Shown here piece by piece: positions 11,639 to 28,700 of a stretch of DNA of 50,698 nucleotides. A program made the translations under genes and the position numbers. The stretch comes from Rhizaria sp. SCN 62-66 (lineage: Eukaryota), in contig MEDY01000063.1 in the NCBI GenBank assembly GCA_001724265.1, positions 62,001-112,698 on the forward strand. Reading direction: 5' to 3'. Below the pieces are notes generated by a model. It saw only the letters and a program-made list of their open reading frames with translations, was not told the DNA's origin and did no database searches. Numbering within the stretch: the stretch's first letter is position 1; every line of letters begins with the position of its first letter.

Positions 11639-13068
11639 ATGACGGCACGTGAGATTACAAGCCGTGGCCGCGTGCCTTTGACTAGCACGACCTAGGGCTT
11701 CAACATATTCGCCCGCGCCAGCTCCGACTCTGGGTTGTCTGAGTCCCTGTCGAAGTTGAAGGCGGGTGTTCAAGTCACAGTCGATGCCCTCCGGTCCGGC
11801 GCGTTTAAGCCGCCCTCAAAACTGAACAAGCAGCAGATCACGACGACCTGCCGGCTCCCCGAGGACGGCATCGCGCTCATGCCAGGATTCCCCGGGCTGG
11901 ATGCCGGCGATGAGCTCTTCGCAACCAGGGACACGTTCCTGCTCACGGAGCACATCCTAGCCATCCACGAGAGCATCAAGGCAAACGACCTCTCGCCCTG
12001 GACCTCCACGGCGCGCCGCCGCAACCTCATTGCCAACTCGGTTCTTGACGACGCGATCCTGAAGCGCAAATCCGACGCCGAGCCCTACATCGACTACCCC
12101 AACGACGTGCTCGACGCGTTCCCGCATCTCGCCAAGCGCAGGCCGCTGCGCCTCACGCAGCTAGGCAAGTGCATGTATAAGGGCGCGCTCGTGCACGGCA
12201 TTGAAGGCCGCGGTAATTCCACCGCGCTGAACTTTGCGCTCTTCAAGCTCATCGCCCGCGGCACGCCGGTGCTGATCGAACTAGCAGGCCATCACGTCAT
12301 CTACGTGCCGGGTCGCAAGGGCGAGGTCGAAGTGGTGCCGATGGCAAAGCGTCGCAACGACCTCCCGGGCAAAATCTTCGATGTAATCAAAAACAAAAAC
12401 ACCGTGTACGACTTCGACCCGCAGCAGCTGCCGCGCGAGACGGTCAAGGGCAACTACGAGCCTCTGGCCGACGCCGCGTGCGTCATCATCCCCACAGCGC
12501 CCAACGAAACGGCCGGCGAGTGGCGGCACTTCTACGCCACGTGCGCGCCGCTGCTGCGTCTGCATCTCTACGACCTGAGCAAGGAGGAGTTCTACGCCGT
12601 CACGAGCGTAGTCAACCCAAACATCACGGCCGACCAGAAAGCCCACTACCGCAGGTGGCAGGGCACGGGGCTGCGCGATATTGCCAGCAACGACCTCAAC
12701 CGCAACCTCGATCCCGTCTTCCGCGCCGCCATTCTGGCGTACAAGGGGGAGTAGCTGTTGATGTCCGGGTTGAACACGGACCGCATCTTTAGCGCAGACT
12801 GCTCCGAGCGCCACTTCTTCGGGCTGCGGTGGCCCGACGGGATGAGCGACACTCACATGGCCACCGCGCTGCCGTACATTCACCGTGAGACGGCGCGGCA
12901 GATCCACCTTACCATGCGCGAGAACATGCAGGGGGCCCCGGGTACGCTGCGTACAACGAGACCAAGCACCTCATGCGCCCGGATCCGTTCGTGACGTTCG
13001 AGACTGTGCTAGGCCCGATCGAGAAGGAGATCGCGGAGGAGCGCCGCGACGAAGGCGCGCATGAATAA
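11639..13068 (+). CDS. RHS/Crinkler-like divergent P-loop NTPase-fold protein with two in-frame TAG codons (11693, 12752) and an apparent 1-nt frame slip near 12931-12942; possibly a pseudogene
   Basis: GC3-rich coding-like frame from ATG 11639 (or 11570). GALVHGIEGRGNSTALNFALFKL resembles the degenerate Walker A region of RHS/CRN-type NTPases. After GGGGGCCCCGGG the coding-like codon usage moves to the -1 frame (YAAYNETKHLMRPDPF..GAHE, TAA 13066-13068). Family assignment is by recalled resemblance only. Confidence 0.5.
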
Positions 13069-14174
13069 GACTAAGCGCGGCTTTAGTGCGCGCGCGCACT
13101 TGCGGGGCACTCAAAAAACGCATTTGAGAGCTCAGAAGCGCATTTTTTTACTCGCAATCGCACTTTTGCACCAAGCGCTTGTATTCTGTACGTGTGCATT
13201 CTTGATCGCTGTTAAGAGCTGCGAGCCAGACTCTGCTTCCTGCTCTTCTCATGCTCGGGGATAGTTTGGGTTAATTCGACAGCTATCTAATGAACACGAC
13301 TCCCGGCTTGCCGCACATTGTTCATGGTGCTCTCCTTGCACCTAAACACCATACTACAATACAACGTCATACGAAACGCCGGAGTGGCGCAGTTTGTGGC
13401 ACATGTACTCTCGCAGGCGAGGCAAGCGCAGAAGCAGGCTGGGCTTGCGTGAACGGAGCGGCGGGTGGCGCAACTGCGTGCCAATGCAACCCGGACGCAG
13501 GCGGAGAAGACGCAATCTCAGACCTTACTGACAAAGACGAGGAGACCGATCAAAAAGTTGCTGGAGACGCAGAAGCTGTTGACTCCGAAGTACGCGTACT
13601 TGTTTGAGTATGAATATGGGATGCAGCTGATGAGGAGAACAAAGAAGAGGAAGAAATTGAGAGCTACGAGCATAAAGACGAATCTGGTGATGCTACTCAT
13701 GACTAAAACGAACCTTTGAGACGCATATTGTGAACAGTGTACGTGTACTGATAGCTGAGCAATCGCAGCGACAGAAACTGCTGCTGATACTATATCACTG
13801 CGGATCCAGATGCTGCTAACATTGCCAGCTTCAGGGTACTAACGCCGATGTGAGGGCAAGAAGCGTATGTCTGGCTGGGTTACGCGCAGCGGGGAAAGGC
13901 ATTGTTGTGAAAGAGCAGTGTGTAATGTCGAAAAAATATTGTGCTAAGCTTAATATGACTTTTGTTGCGGAAGCTTAGAAAATATGGAAATAAATTACTC
14001 TTGTGTATCGATTGTAATTTTTAAATAAACCCACAACAGCGGTGAACATGATATTTTCGAAACATCATTAAGCTGATAATAAATACCTCTAAAGAATCGC
14101 AGCGAACCAGGCACGTTCGCTCTCTTGCAAAGACAAATCACGACGTACCCCATAGCCAGGTGAGATTATGTCAG

Positions 14175-19717
<5,543 letters not shown>

Positions 19718-20306
19718 CGCGCAAAGGTCTGTCGCGCGTCACGGCAACGCAAGGAGAACGGTGTGCGTTACGCTTTGCGCGGGTGCAGACAAGATAACGC
19801 GGAGCTCGAGGTGAGGCAAGAGCAGGGCCTTCTGAGACACACAAAATAGCGTCGGCAAGTGTGAGGTGTCCGTCAATAGAAATATTGCAAATCGAAGTCG
19901 ATATTAAGCAGTAGATTCTAACTTTCCTGCAAATAAAATCATCCCTAGTGCGTATATACAGTCATTAGCTATCCTCTCGCAGAAAGTTCGGGACTAGTCA
20001 TCCCCACGCCGCCACTTGCTGAGTGCAAGACTCGTGAGTACAGTGACCGAAAACACCGAAGAGACTGCAGTAGAGCTCTAAAATATCCACGCATAGGAAT
20101 GAAACGTGACAATGTAGTATAAAATTTCGTGCTTTTTGTATTTTTCCTATTCATTTTCTCTTAGTTTATCATTATCAGTATCTAACGTTTCTAATATATC
20201 GTCTAAGCTCAGTCATACAAGCCGAGCCAAGCCCTTTCAACAACAAAAAATCTCATCATATAAAACAGTCATCGATCCCATATGCGTGCGCACCGTGTCC
20301 CGCCAC

Positions 20307-21182
20307 TTAGAGCATGAACGCGAGGTCCTCGTTGGCCTCGCCGGTGCCGCAGTAGGCGCCCGCGCCCGCGCCCTCGCCGACGGTGATCTTGTACTCGTAG
20401 CCGGGCCACGCGAGCGAGCGCAGCGAGACGGCGTCGCCGGCCTTGTTGGCCACCAGCGACCACACGCCCGCGGGCGTCTGCTCGGCGAGCCCGTCGAGGA
20501 AGGTGGGGCAGTTAGCCACGCCCATGCGGTTGATCGTCGCCAGAGTGCGCTCCAGCTCCGGGGCCCGGAAGAGACCGTACGACGCGAGCTTGGCCGCCTC
20601 GGCGTGGTCGAGGCCGGGGAACGCGTGGTTGCGCGCGATGTCGCCCGTGGCGGTCATCACGTACGCGCCCAGCGGCGTCACGCATGTGTCGTGCTCGATG
20701 CGCGCGACGACGTAGGCGAGACGCTCGATCTCTGTGAGACGGCGGTCGGGCACATGGCGCTCACCGTCCTCGTCCTCGTACTCCTCCTCATCTTCCTCGT
20801 CCTCCTCGGCCTCCCACGCGGCGACCGCATCCGCGTCCTCGGGGTCGGGCTGCCGGCGCGGGTCGCGCAGGCGCGCGGAGGGGTTGCCGGTGAAACGGCC
20901 CTTGATCAGAGGGGCGCGCTCAATGATGAAGGCGTCCAGGTCGGGCAGCTTCGCAAACGTGAGGCCGTTGTCGGAGGAGAAGAAGTGCTGCTTGGCGATC
21001 TTGGTGGAGATGGTGGTGCTCTGCGCGATGAAGTAGTCGCGCTCCTTGCCGGTGATCTTGCCCCAGTACGCGATCGTGGGGATCCGCTCGTGGAGCTTGA
21101 GGACCTTGAGGGCATTGGAGACAGACAGGCGCTGGTCCAGACTCAGGCCCTGGCCGCACGCCGTCACAGCTACGCTAGACAT
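20307..21182 (-). CDS. RSPH9: Flagellar radial spoke head protein 9
   Basis: GQGLS..YWGKITGKERDYFIAQ, GRFTGNPS, LTEIERLAYVVARIEHDTCVTPLGAY, N..FPGL and WSL..LRSLAWPGY..YCGTGEANEDLAFML match RSP9. Ends TAA. Confidence 0.9.
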   Translation of the reverse strand: MSSVAVTACGQGLSLDQRLSVSNALKVLKLHERIPTIAYWGKITGKERDYFIAQSTTISTKIAKQHFFSSDNGLTFAKLPDLDAFIIERAPLIKGRFTGNPSARLRDPRRQPDPEDADAVAAWEAEEDEEDEEEYEDEDGERHVPDRRLTEIERLAYVVARIEHDTCVTPLGAYVMTATGDIARNHAFPGLDHAEAAKLASYGLFRAPELERTLATINRMGVANCPTFLDGLAEQTPAGVWSLVANKAGDAVSLRSLAWPGYEYKITVGEGAGAGAYCGTGEANEDLAFML

Positions 21183-21500
21183 ACCGCTCTATAAGCCACG
21201 TACGCAGTCATCAGTACAGGATTTGTTGAGGACCAGTGCATCGGTGGAGCAACAGGAGAGAAAGCAAGGGAAAGCGTGAGGAGAAGAAAAAACGGTTAGT
21301 GAGGGCATTTTAAGGTGGGTCTGGAAGACCAAGAGTGGGTTTTCGCGAGACGCAAAATAAATATGTCTCTCACCAACTAGCTGGGTAATACATAATAGAA
21401 ATGCAGAGAAAAGAACAGTCATCTGAGATCGCATTGGGCAGTTTCTCAAACTGGTCAAGTCGCCCTCGAAAAACGGGCGGTTGTCGATTCGGCTTGGCCA

Positions 21501-21513
21501 GGTTCGCGAAAAA
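21501..21513 (-). promoter_or_regulatory. Candidate promoter motif TTTTTCGCGAACC (between divergent RSPH9 and LisH-WD40)
   Basis: GGTTCGCGAAAAA on the + strand is the exact reverse complement of 1596-1608. Confidence 0.45.
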
Positions 21514-21990
21514 CCCGACCAAGACTGACCGACCGACCGAGACGTCGTTCGACCACAAGAGCAGCTTCGCGAAGTAGGGTTCTTCAAATCCCGTGATGCA
21601 GGACAATACTTCCGTCGTTAGCAAAGTAAGACTGATATTATGAAACAAAATCTTGCATGATCTTTGTTTTGTGTGTATTCCGGCGCAAATCTGACGGGAA
21701 GTGTGTATATTCGCCGTCTCATGTGACCGAAAGAACACGGAACCCCGCTAGATGCCAAACGTGCTGCTGCCACGCAGCTCGACACAAAGACCATTGCTCT
21801 CACTTGCAGCATTGTGACACAACAACGCATTGCGTTGTTCTGGCCACGCCTCTAAGTTATCTCCAGCACTGCTCTCTATCTTGCCCTGATGTAACCTCCT
21901 TTTATGGGCTTTTAGCTCTGACTAAGCACAGTTTCAAGCTCACTTCATTTCTATCTGTACTGACTCGGCAACTGTCTTAACCCCCAACAG

Positions 21991-24900
21991 ATGAGCAGCT
22001 TGGCGTTGAACTTTACGCCGCGTCTGCGCGCCCTGCAGTATATCCTGCAGTTCCTCGATGACCAGGGCTTCGACAAGACCGCCGCCGCCCTCCGCGATGA
22101 AGCGTACGTCCCTTATCTTCCTGACGATATATCTCCGCACAATTGAACGCAAACAAAGAACATGTTCAGAGAAATATGTAGGCTCTCTGAATATATAATT
22201 TCGTTAAGTTGCATCGCTCTACGTTTTTATGGTCTTGCTTCGAACCTCTTTTTCTATCGCCTCCTCATATGTTTCTGTATCGCTCTCTGACCTGCTGCTT
22301 CCTTTAGCGCATCCGAGGTGACCGGCGTGGACGGCGGCGACGTGCTTCCAGTTCCGCGCAGTGCCAACGCGCTGATGCTGTCTGTCGAAACGCACGCGCG
22401 CGAGGAGGCCGCCGCGGCCGCGGACGCCGCCGACGAGCGCCGAAGCGCCGCCGCCAAGGCCGCCAACGTGGCGGGCCCCATCCGCAAGCGCGAAAACAGG
22501 CGGACAAACTTTCTCCTCTCCACCGGCGCCGCGAACGTCAACGCGGCGAGCAATGCCGACAAGTCTGGTCTTAGCGACGCCAAGTCGAGTGAGAGTGCCT
22601 CGAGTGATGACGCCAAGGCTAGTGACGCTGCGAGCGTCAACAACGCTCAGGATGATGAGTCAAATGCGGTTGCCGTTGAGTTCGTGACTGCTACCAAGCC
22701 CACCCTCGTCATCACCCCTATCACCACCAGCACGCCCGCCGCCAGCTCCAGCTCCAGCTCTAACTCTAGCTCTAGCTCTACCAGTGACGCCACTGCTGCG
22801 CCTGCTGCGCCTGCGGTGACTCCGGTCGCGTCGTCGTCGGTGTTGCCGCAGCACCCGTCGTCGATCCTGGCGCTCGCGGCCCACAGCAACCCCGCGTTCG
22901 GGGCCCGTCTGACCGCCACCGCCGCCGCGGACCACGCCATCCGCATCTTCGCATTCCTGCCCAATCAAGACAATAACAACATCAGTAGTCATCCGAGTGT
23001 GAGTGCTAGTGCGACAGTGGCCGCGATGCCCCAGGGCACGCTGATCGCCACCGCGACCGCCTCCGACCTCGCCGCCACGCCCACGCACTGCGGTCTCTGG
23101 GATCTCCGCACCGCCCGCTCCGCCCCCGCCTCGGCCGCCGCCGCCGCCGCGGCCGCCGCCGTGGCAGCGCCCGACGTGCACCTGGGCGCCGCGCGCGCCG
23201 CCGTGCTGTCGCTTGCCTGGCACCCGCGCCTGCCGCTGCTGCTCGCGGGGCTGGCCAACGGCGAGGTCCTCCTCCTCGGGCTCTGCGGCAGCAACAAGTC
23301 GAGCAGCGACAGCGACTCGGCTGACGCCAGCGCCAGCGCCAGTGCAAGTACTTCTACGGCGCAAGCGCAGGCGCCGCTGCCGCTGGGCGTCAAGGTGCTG
23401 CAGCGTTGGCGCCCCCACTCGCGCTTTGTCACTTCGGTTCAGTGGCTGCTGCCCTCCGGCGCCGGCTTTTGCACTGGGTCGCACGACGGAGCCGTGGCGT
23501 TTTTCGGTCCTGCGCTGTCGTACATCGCGCACACGGCCACGGTCACCAACAGCACTGGCAAGCCCACCAACGGCGACAACAGCTCTAGCTCTAGCTCTCT
23601 GAGCGCGAACGCTGACGCGAGCGCTGCCGCTGCTCCAACTAGTCCGTTCGGCAGCATCCCGAGCACCAGCGAGATCATCCCCGCGGCAGCCTCGAGCCTC
23701 TTCGTCGCGCCCCGCGCCGCGGCGGCCGCGACCGCCGAGGAGCGGGCCAAGGACGCCCACGCCGAGGCCGCGGTGACCTTCGCGGGGGCGCGGCTTAACT
23801 TGCTCGCGAAGTGCGGCTGCCCGGCCACGGGACTCGCGGCACTCGCGACCTCCTTCTCCTCGAGGAGCGCTGGCGACCCAGAGACGGCGACCGAGACTGC
23901 GACCGAGAAGAAGGACAGTGGGGAGGAGGACGGTGCCGCGGAGGGCGAGCTTGTGTCGATCAAGACCCTCAAGGCCATCCTGTTCCCTGTGGCCCAGAGC
24001 ACCAGCTCCGCTGAGACCGCGGCGGCTATTGGCAGCCGCGGCGTCGGCCAGAGCGCGTTCCTGTCGTTCGTGCTGACGGGCAAGTGCGAGTTCCCCCGCC
24101 AGGTCGAGGCCCTCGAGGCGCTGCGACCCGACGGCGAGTACGAGGCCGACTGGGCGCGCTTCCACTCGCCCTCGGCCGGCGACCGCGGGCGCATCCGGGC
24201 GCGCCGCGACGCCCGGCGCGCGCTCGACCGCATGCTCACGGCCCCGCTGCCCACCGCCACCGCCACCGCGAGTGCGAGTAGCGCTGCTGCTGATACTGAT
24301 AACGCTGCGAGTAAGGGCAATGCGAGCAAGTTCGAGCTGTCGTTCAAGGATGAGCACTGCTACGACGATGACAGTAGCCTCCTCGCCGCTGACGAGCTGC
24401 CCGCAGGGTACATGGCGTGTCCCGTGTTGCCGCCGAAACACGCGTTCCTGTGCTCGATCCGCGAGGACAAGTTCCTGTACGTGCTCGACTGGGCGCGCTG
24501 CTGCATCAACAAGACGGTCGACATCAACAAGAACGCGTGGGACGACCACGTGTCCTTCACGCTGCTCTCGCTCGCCGCCGCGCCGAAGGGGTACTTGGTC
24601 GCCGCCGCCACTGACAAGCACCGTGTGGTGCTCTACGACGTCGTTCGCAATGCCGTCGTCAACACCTACTTTGGTGGCGTCAACGGCGACATGAGCACGC
24701 CGAAGCTCGCCTGGGGCGGCCTCGTCAACAGCAACAGCAACGGCGGCAAGGATAAGAGGGCGAATCTCACCGGTTTGATGGAGTTCCTCGCTTGCTCGAC
24801 GCAGGACAACGAGGTCTACGTGTGGCATTCGGCCACGGCCAAGGTTGTCACCACTCTTAAGGGCGGCCACAGCCACTCGATCAGGGCGCTCGTGCCGTAC

Positions 24901-25059
24901 CCGCCGCTCCCGCTGCCCCGGGCGCAGGGCGGCGGCGACTGCGAGACCGAGACCGAAACTGAGAGTGAGGCCGTAGTCGTCGCCACGGGCGGGTTCTTGA
25001 CCGGTGGGTTTGATAAGACGGTCAAGCTGTGGACGCACGTTGGCACCAGTCCCATGTGA
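21991..25059 (+). CDS. LisH + WD40-repeat protein with low-complexity insertions; exons 21991-22103, 22308-25059
   Basis: Exon 1 encodes LisH-like LQYILQFLDDQGFDKTAAALRDEA. Exon 2 has WD repeats (VLSLAWHPRLPLLLAG, HSRFVTSVQW..FCTGSHDG, HSHSIRAL..FLTGGFDKTVKLW). GTACGT-AG intron joins in frame. Ends TGA. Confidence 0.85.
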
Positions 25060-25712
25060 GCGGGCGCGTGAGCCTTGCTGACTGTGAGCTGTGCTGTGCG
25101 GTGACTGACGCTGAAGTGACTGGGAGGAGTAGATTGAGTGTGAGGTGAGTTACAAGCGTGCGATTAGTAATACGCACTCAGTTGCTTTGCAGACATGATA
25201 ATCCTTCAAATGCGAAAGATAATTGTGTCTTAATTAACGAGTCACTTTGTGACTTAGTGTGTTTTGTCGCACTTTTGTGGTTACACAAGCAACATAGGTT
25301 GGTGTTGGTGTGACCTTGTTCTGGTCATTTCAGAAAAGTATACTTTTAGTGAATACAAAGCATTGATATCCTACTCAAATTTGAATATTGCTGTTATATC
25401 CCCTTTTTGAATATAAAAGAAGTGTTATTTTTCAATACGTTATCTATTTTGCAAATCTAGCTTTTGCCTGATCCACGAGTATACTAGCTATAAACACATG
25501 GAGGTGCCACCTGTTTTTCAGAATTTACTCGAGCACAAAATGTATCAACATGATTATTTATTATACTGCAGTAAAATATACACAGTTTCTTTTAAAAATT
25601 TATCGCTATAATTAAAACTCATATCAAAACTATCGTATCTTTTGTTAAAAAGTAAATCGCCTCCGCGCCCAGAGGCGGACTCGAAGGCTTGGCGGCTTGA
25701 TTATAACTCGCT

Positions 25713-28700
25713 TCACCACTTGGGCGTGTACATCCGCTCCCCAACCGGTCCACGCTGCTGCTTTACCTCCGCCGCAGCCGCCGCGCCAGCCTGCAGGCGC
25801 GACCGCATCGCCGCGCGTGGGGCTACAGTGTCAGAGCTCATGTTGCTGCTGCTGCTGTAGACGCCGTTGCCGTGCATCGGACCTGAGATAGGGGAGGAGA
25901 GCGAGTCAGCGAGCGACTGCGACGCGCCGAAGCCACTCTTGTTCCCGCCATTCTGCGCAGTGTTCACAGTCGTGTTCGCGATATTACTCTTGGCACTGCG
26001 CGCGTTTTGCTGCTGCTGTGGTTGTTGCGGAGGCTGTTGCATGAACATCGCGTAATGCGCTGCCAGCGGCGCACCAACAGCGCCCGCGTTACTACTAGCG
26101 TTAGCGCTGCTCTGCTGCGGCTGATGTTGCTGCTGCTGTGTCGAGGGACGCGACTTAAACCCCGAAGTCAATCCGCCCTTAGCACTACTGCTGCCGTTGC
26201 CATTGCTTGAGTGTGGGTTGATCGTAGTCATCGTGAGCGGCGGAATCGCTGCCGCGGCCGCTTGCGCCCGCGCTTGCGCGATGATCACGCGGGGGGACTC
26301 GCGGGCCCAAACGCTCCCGCCGCCCGCCGCCGCGCCAATGCCGCCAGCGCTGCCGCCGTTGCTCGTGGGAGCGTGGTTGGCGTTGCTGTGCGGGTGGAGC
26401 TGCGTATGCGTGTAGAGCGAGTTGTGGGCGCCGGCGCCTGTGCCCATCGCGTTGTGGTTTGGCGCAGCGCCAACGCTGGCGTGCGCGTACGCAGGCCCAG
26501 TCGCAGTCGCGATCGCGCTGTTGCCGCTGCCGCTGTGGATGGCAGGCAGCAGCGTGGCGGTGGCGTTGTAGCCGTTGCTGTCGCCATCAGGTGCTCCGAC
26601 GGGGTGACCGTGGGCAGTACTCATGTAGCCCGTATTGGCGGTGGCGCTGGAGTTTGCGCTGGCGCTCGTGCGGACGCGCGTGATCTGGCTCATGGCGCGG
26701 AAGTCGGCCGCCAGCGCAGGCTTGCCGATGGGCAGAGGCGCGAGCGCGGTAACCGCACCGCTGCTGCTGTAGCCCACGGGGAGCGACGTCGCGGCCAGCG
26801 AGCGCGCGCTCGGCAGCTGCTGCTGCTGCGGGCTGGGGCCGAAGCCAATCTGCTGCTGCTGCTGCTGCTGAGGCGGCTGCTGGATACTCGCACTGACAGA
26901 GGCGTTGGCGCTAGCAGGAGAGGCAGTTGCAGGCGGACGAGGTGTCAGCGTGTTCGAGTTAGAGCTCGCGTTGTTGTTGCTGGCGCCCGTTGCGTGGCGG
27001 TGCGTGCGCGTGCGCGCAGCGGCCTGCAGTACGCGCTCGCGGGCCTGCCGCTTCTTGACGAACGCGACGTCCTTGGCCAGACGCTCGTTCTCGGACGCCT
27101 GTTGCAGATAGAGACAAATGACAAAGCAAAATAAAAGAGAAATGTAAGACAATGAGTAGTAATTGAGTGATCGAAAGAAGATAGAAACACGTTTACAATG
27201 ATACAGCAGGAGCACACACATAGTAAAAGAATAATATTGAGCACCATGTTATTTTGATAAGACTGTCGACGTACGAGGTTGTGCACGGCCGCAATGAGCG
27301 CCCCGTGCTGGAGGTTGCGCACGCGCGCAGTGGTTTCCTTCTCCGCGCCCTGGTGGATCAGGTGCACGTTGGCGTTTGCAAAGGCACTGGCCGTGCCGTG
27401 CCAGTGACGCGTAAGCGCCGACACGAGCATCACGCGGCCGTCCATCTGGTACAGCAGCGAGTGCAGCATGTGCATGCGCACCAGGATGCGCTTCTCAGAG
27501 TCGAACACAGACTGCTGCAGCGCGTACTCGCGGCCCAGCGCGGAGGACGACTTGCCCAGCAGCTCGCCCAGCAGCGTCTCGGCGGAGAGAATGCGCTCCA
27601 CGGTCGCCTCGTCCAGCCCTTCAGCGGCAGCAGCAGCGGCGGCGGCGGCAGCGGACGCCGAGCCAGCGGCCCCGTCGGCGTTGGCGTTGGCGCTGCCGCC
27701 GTTGCTGTTGAGGCTGGGGTCGAAGCCCGGGACGCCCTGCCAGTTGAACGGGACGCGCTGGCTCTGGCCGTCGTTGTCACTGTCGCTGCCGCTGTCGCCT
27801 GCGCTCCCGCTCGCGCTGGTGGCCTCGCCACTTTTGGAGTTGTCGTTGTCCGCGCTGCTGGTGCGGCGGTGCGCGCGGCGGCGGCTTGACTTCGACTTGC
27901 CCTTGGCTGCGTCGTCGTTGCTGTTGCGCGGCGATTGAGGGCGCATGAAGCGCGGCGGGTCGGCGCCAACGCACTTAGAAGGCGGGGCGGGCACGCCGGC
28001 ACTTAGACTGGCTAAGTGGGCCGCGCGCAGCCACTCGGCTTCGGCCTCGGCCTCGGCTTCGTCGTCGTCCTCGTTCTCGTCGTCGTCATCGTCGTCATCT
28101 TCGTCGTCCTCATCAGTGTCCGCATCGTTGTAGTTGTAGAAGTCGCCGTCGTCGTCCTCAGCAGCTGCGCCGCTCACGATGAGTGCACTTGGGGCCGCGC
28201 TAGCGCCCGCGCCAGCGCTGGGACCCGGGAGAGTGGTGACCGTGGTTGTAGTCATGGTCGTCGTCGTCGTCGTCATGCTCACAGTCACCGCGTTCGCGTT
28301 GCCAGCGCCGCTACTGCTCGCGGTTGAAGCAGCGGCGACCTTGCTCGCGGGCGTGCTGTTCACCGCATTGTCGCCGTTGCTGCTGCTACTCAGCGCGTTG
28401 TCGATGTCGCTACCAGTCGCCACCGTGTTGTTGCTGTTCGGGTTGGTGTTCGAGCCAGCGACGGTGTGGGCGTTGTTGTTCGCGGTCGTGGCCGTGAGTG
28501 TGAGCGCAGCGCCGTCCAGCCACGGCCGCGTGAGGCTGCCGCGGTGGCTTTGGCTCACTCCGCCGCTCAGCCCGCCGGCGGTGCCGCTCGCGCCAACGCT
28601 GGGCGTGACGTTGCCGCCGTTGCCGTTGCCGTTGGCCATGGTGGCGCGCGAGGGGGTGCGCGACGGCGACTGGGACGGCGGCCGCGACTGCGCGTGCCTG

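Noticed and set aside
13290-13719. Acidic coding-like stretch (GGEDAISDLTDKDEETD..EENKEEEEIE) downstream of the RHS-like gene
   Set aside because: It is interrupted by TGA codons, lacks the host GC3 bias and has no recognisable homology. At most a degraded remnant.
22660-25038. Long antisense and alternate-frame ORFs (e.g. 792 aa here, 1940-2950, 8868-10202, 30047-31339)
   Set aside because: These are shadows of GC3-rich real genes on the opposite strand or another frame, with no recognisable domains.
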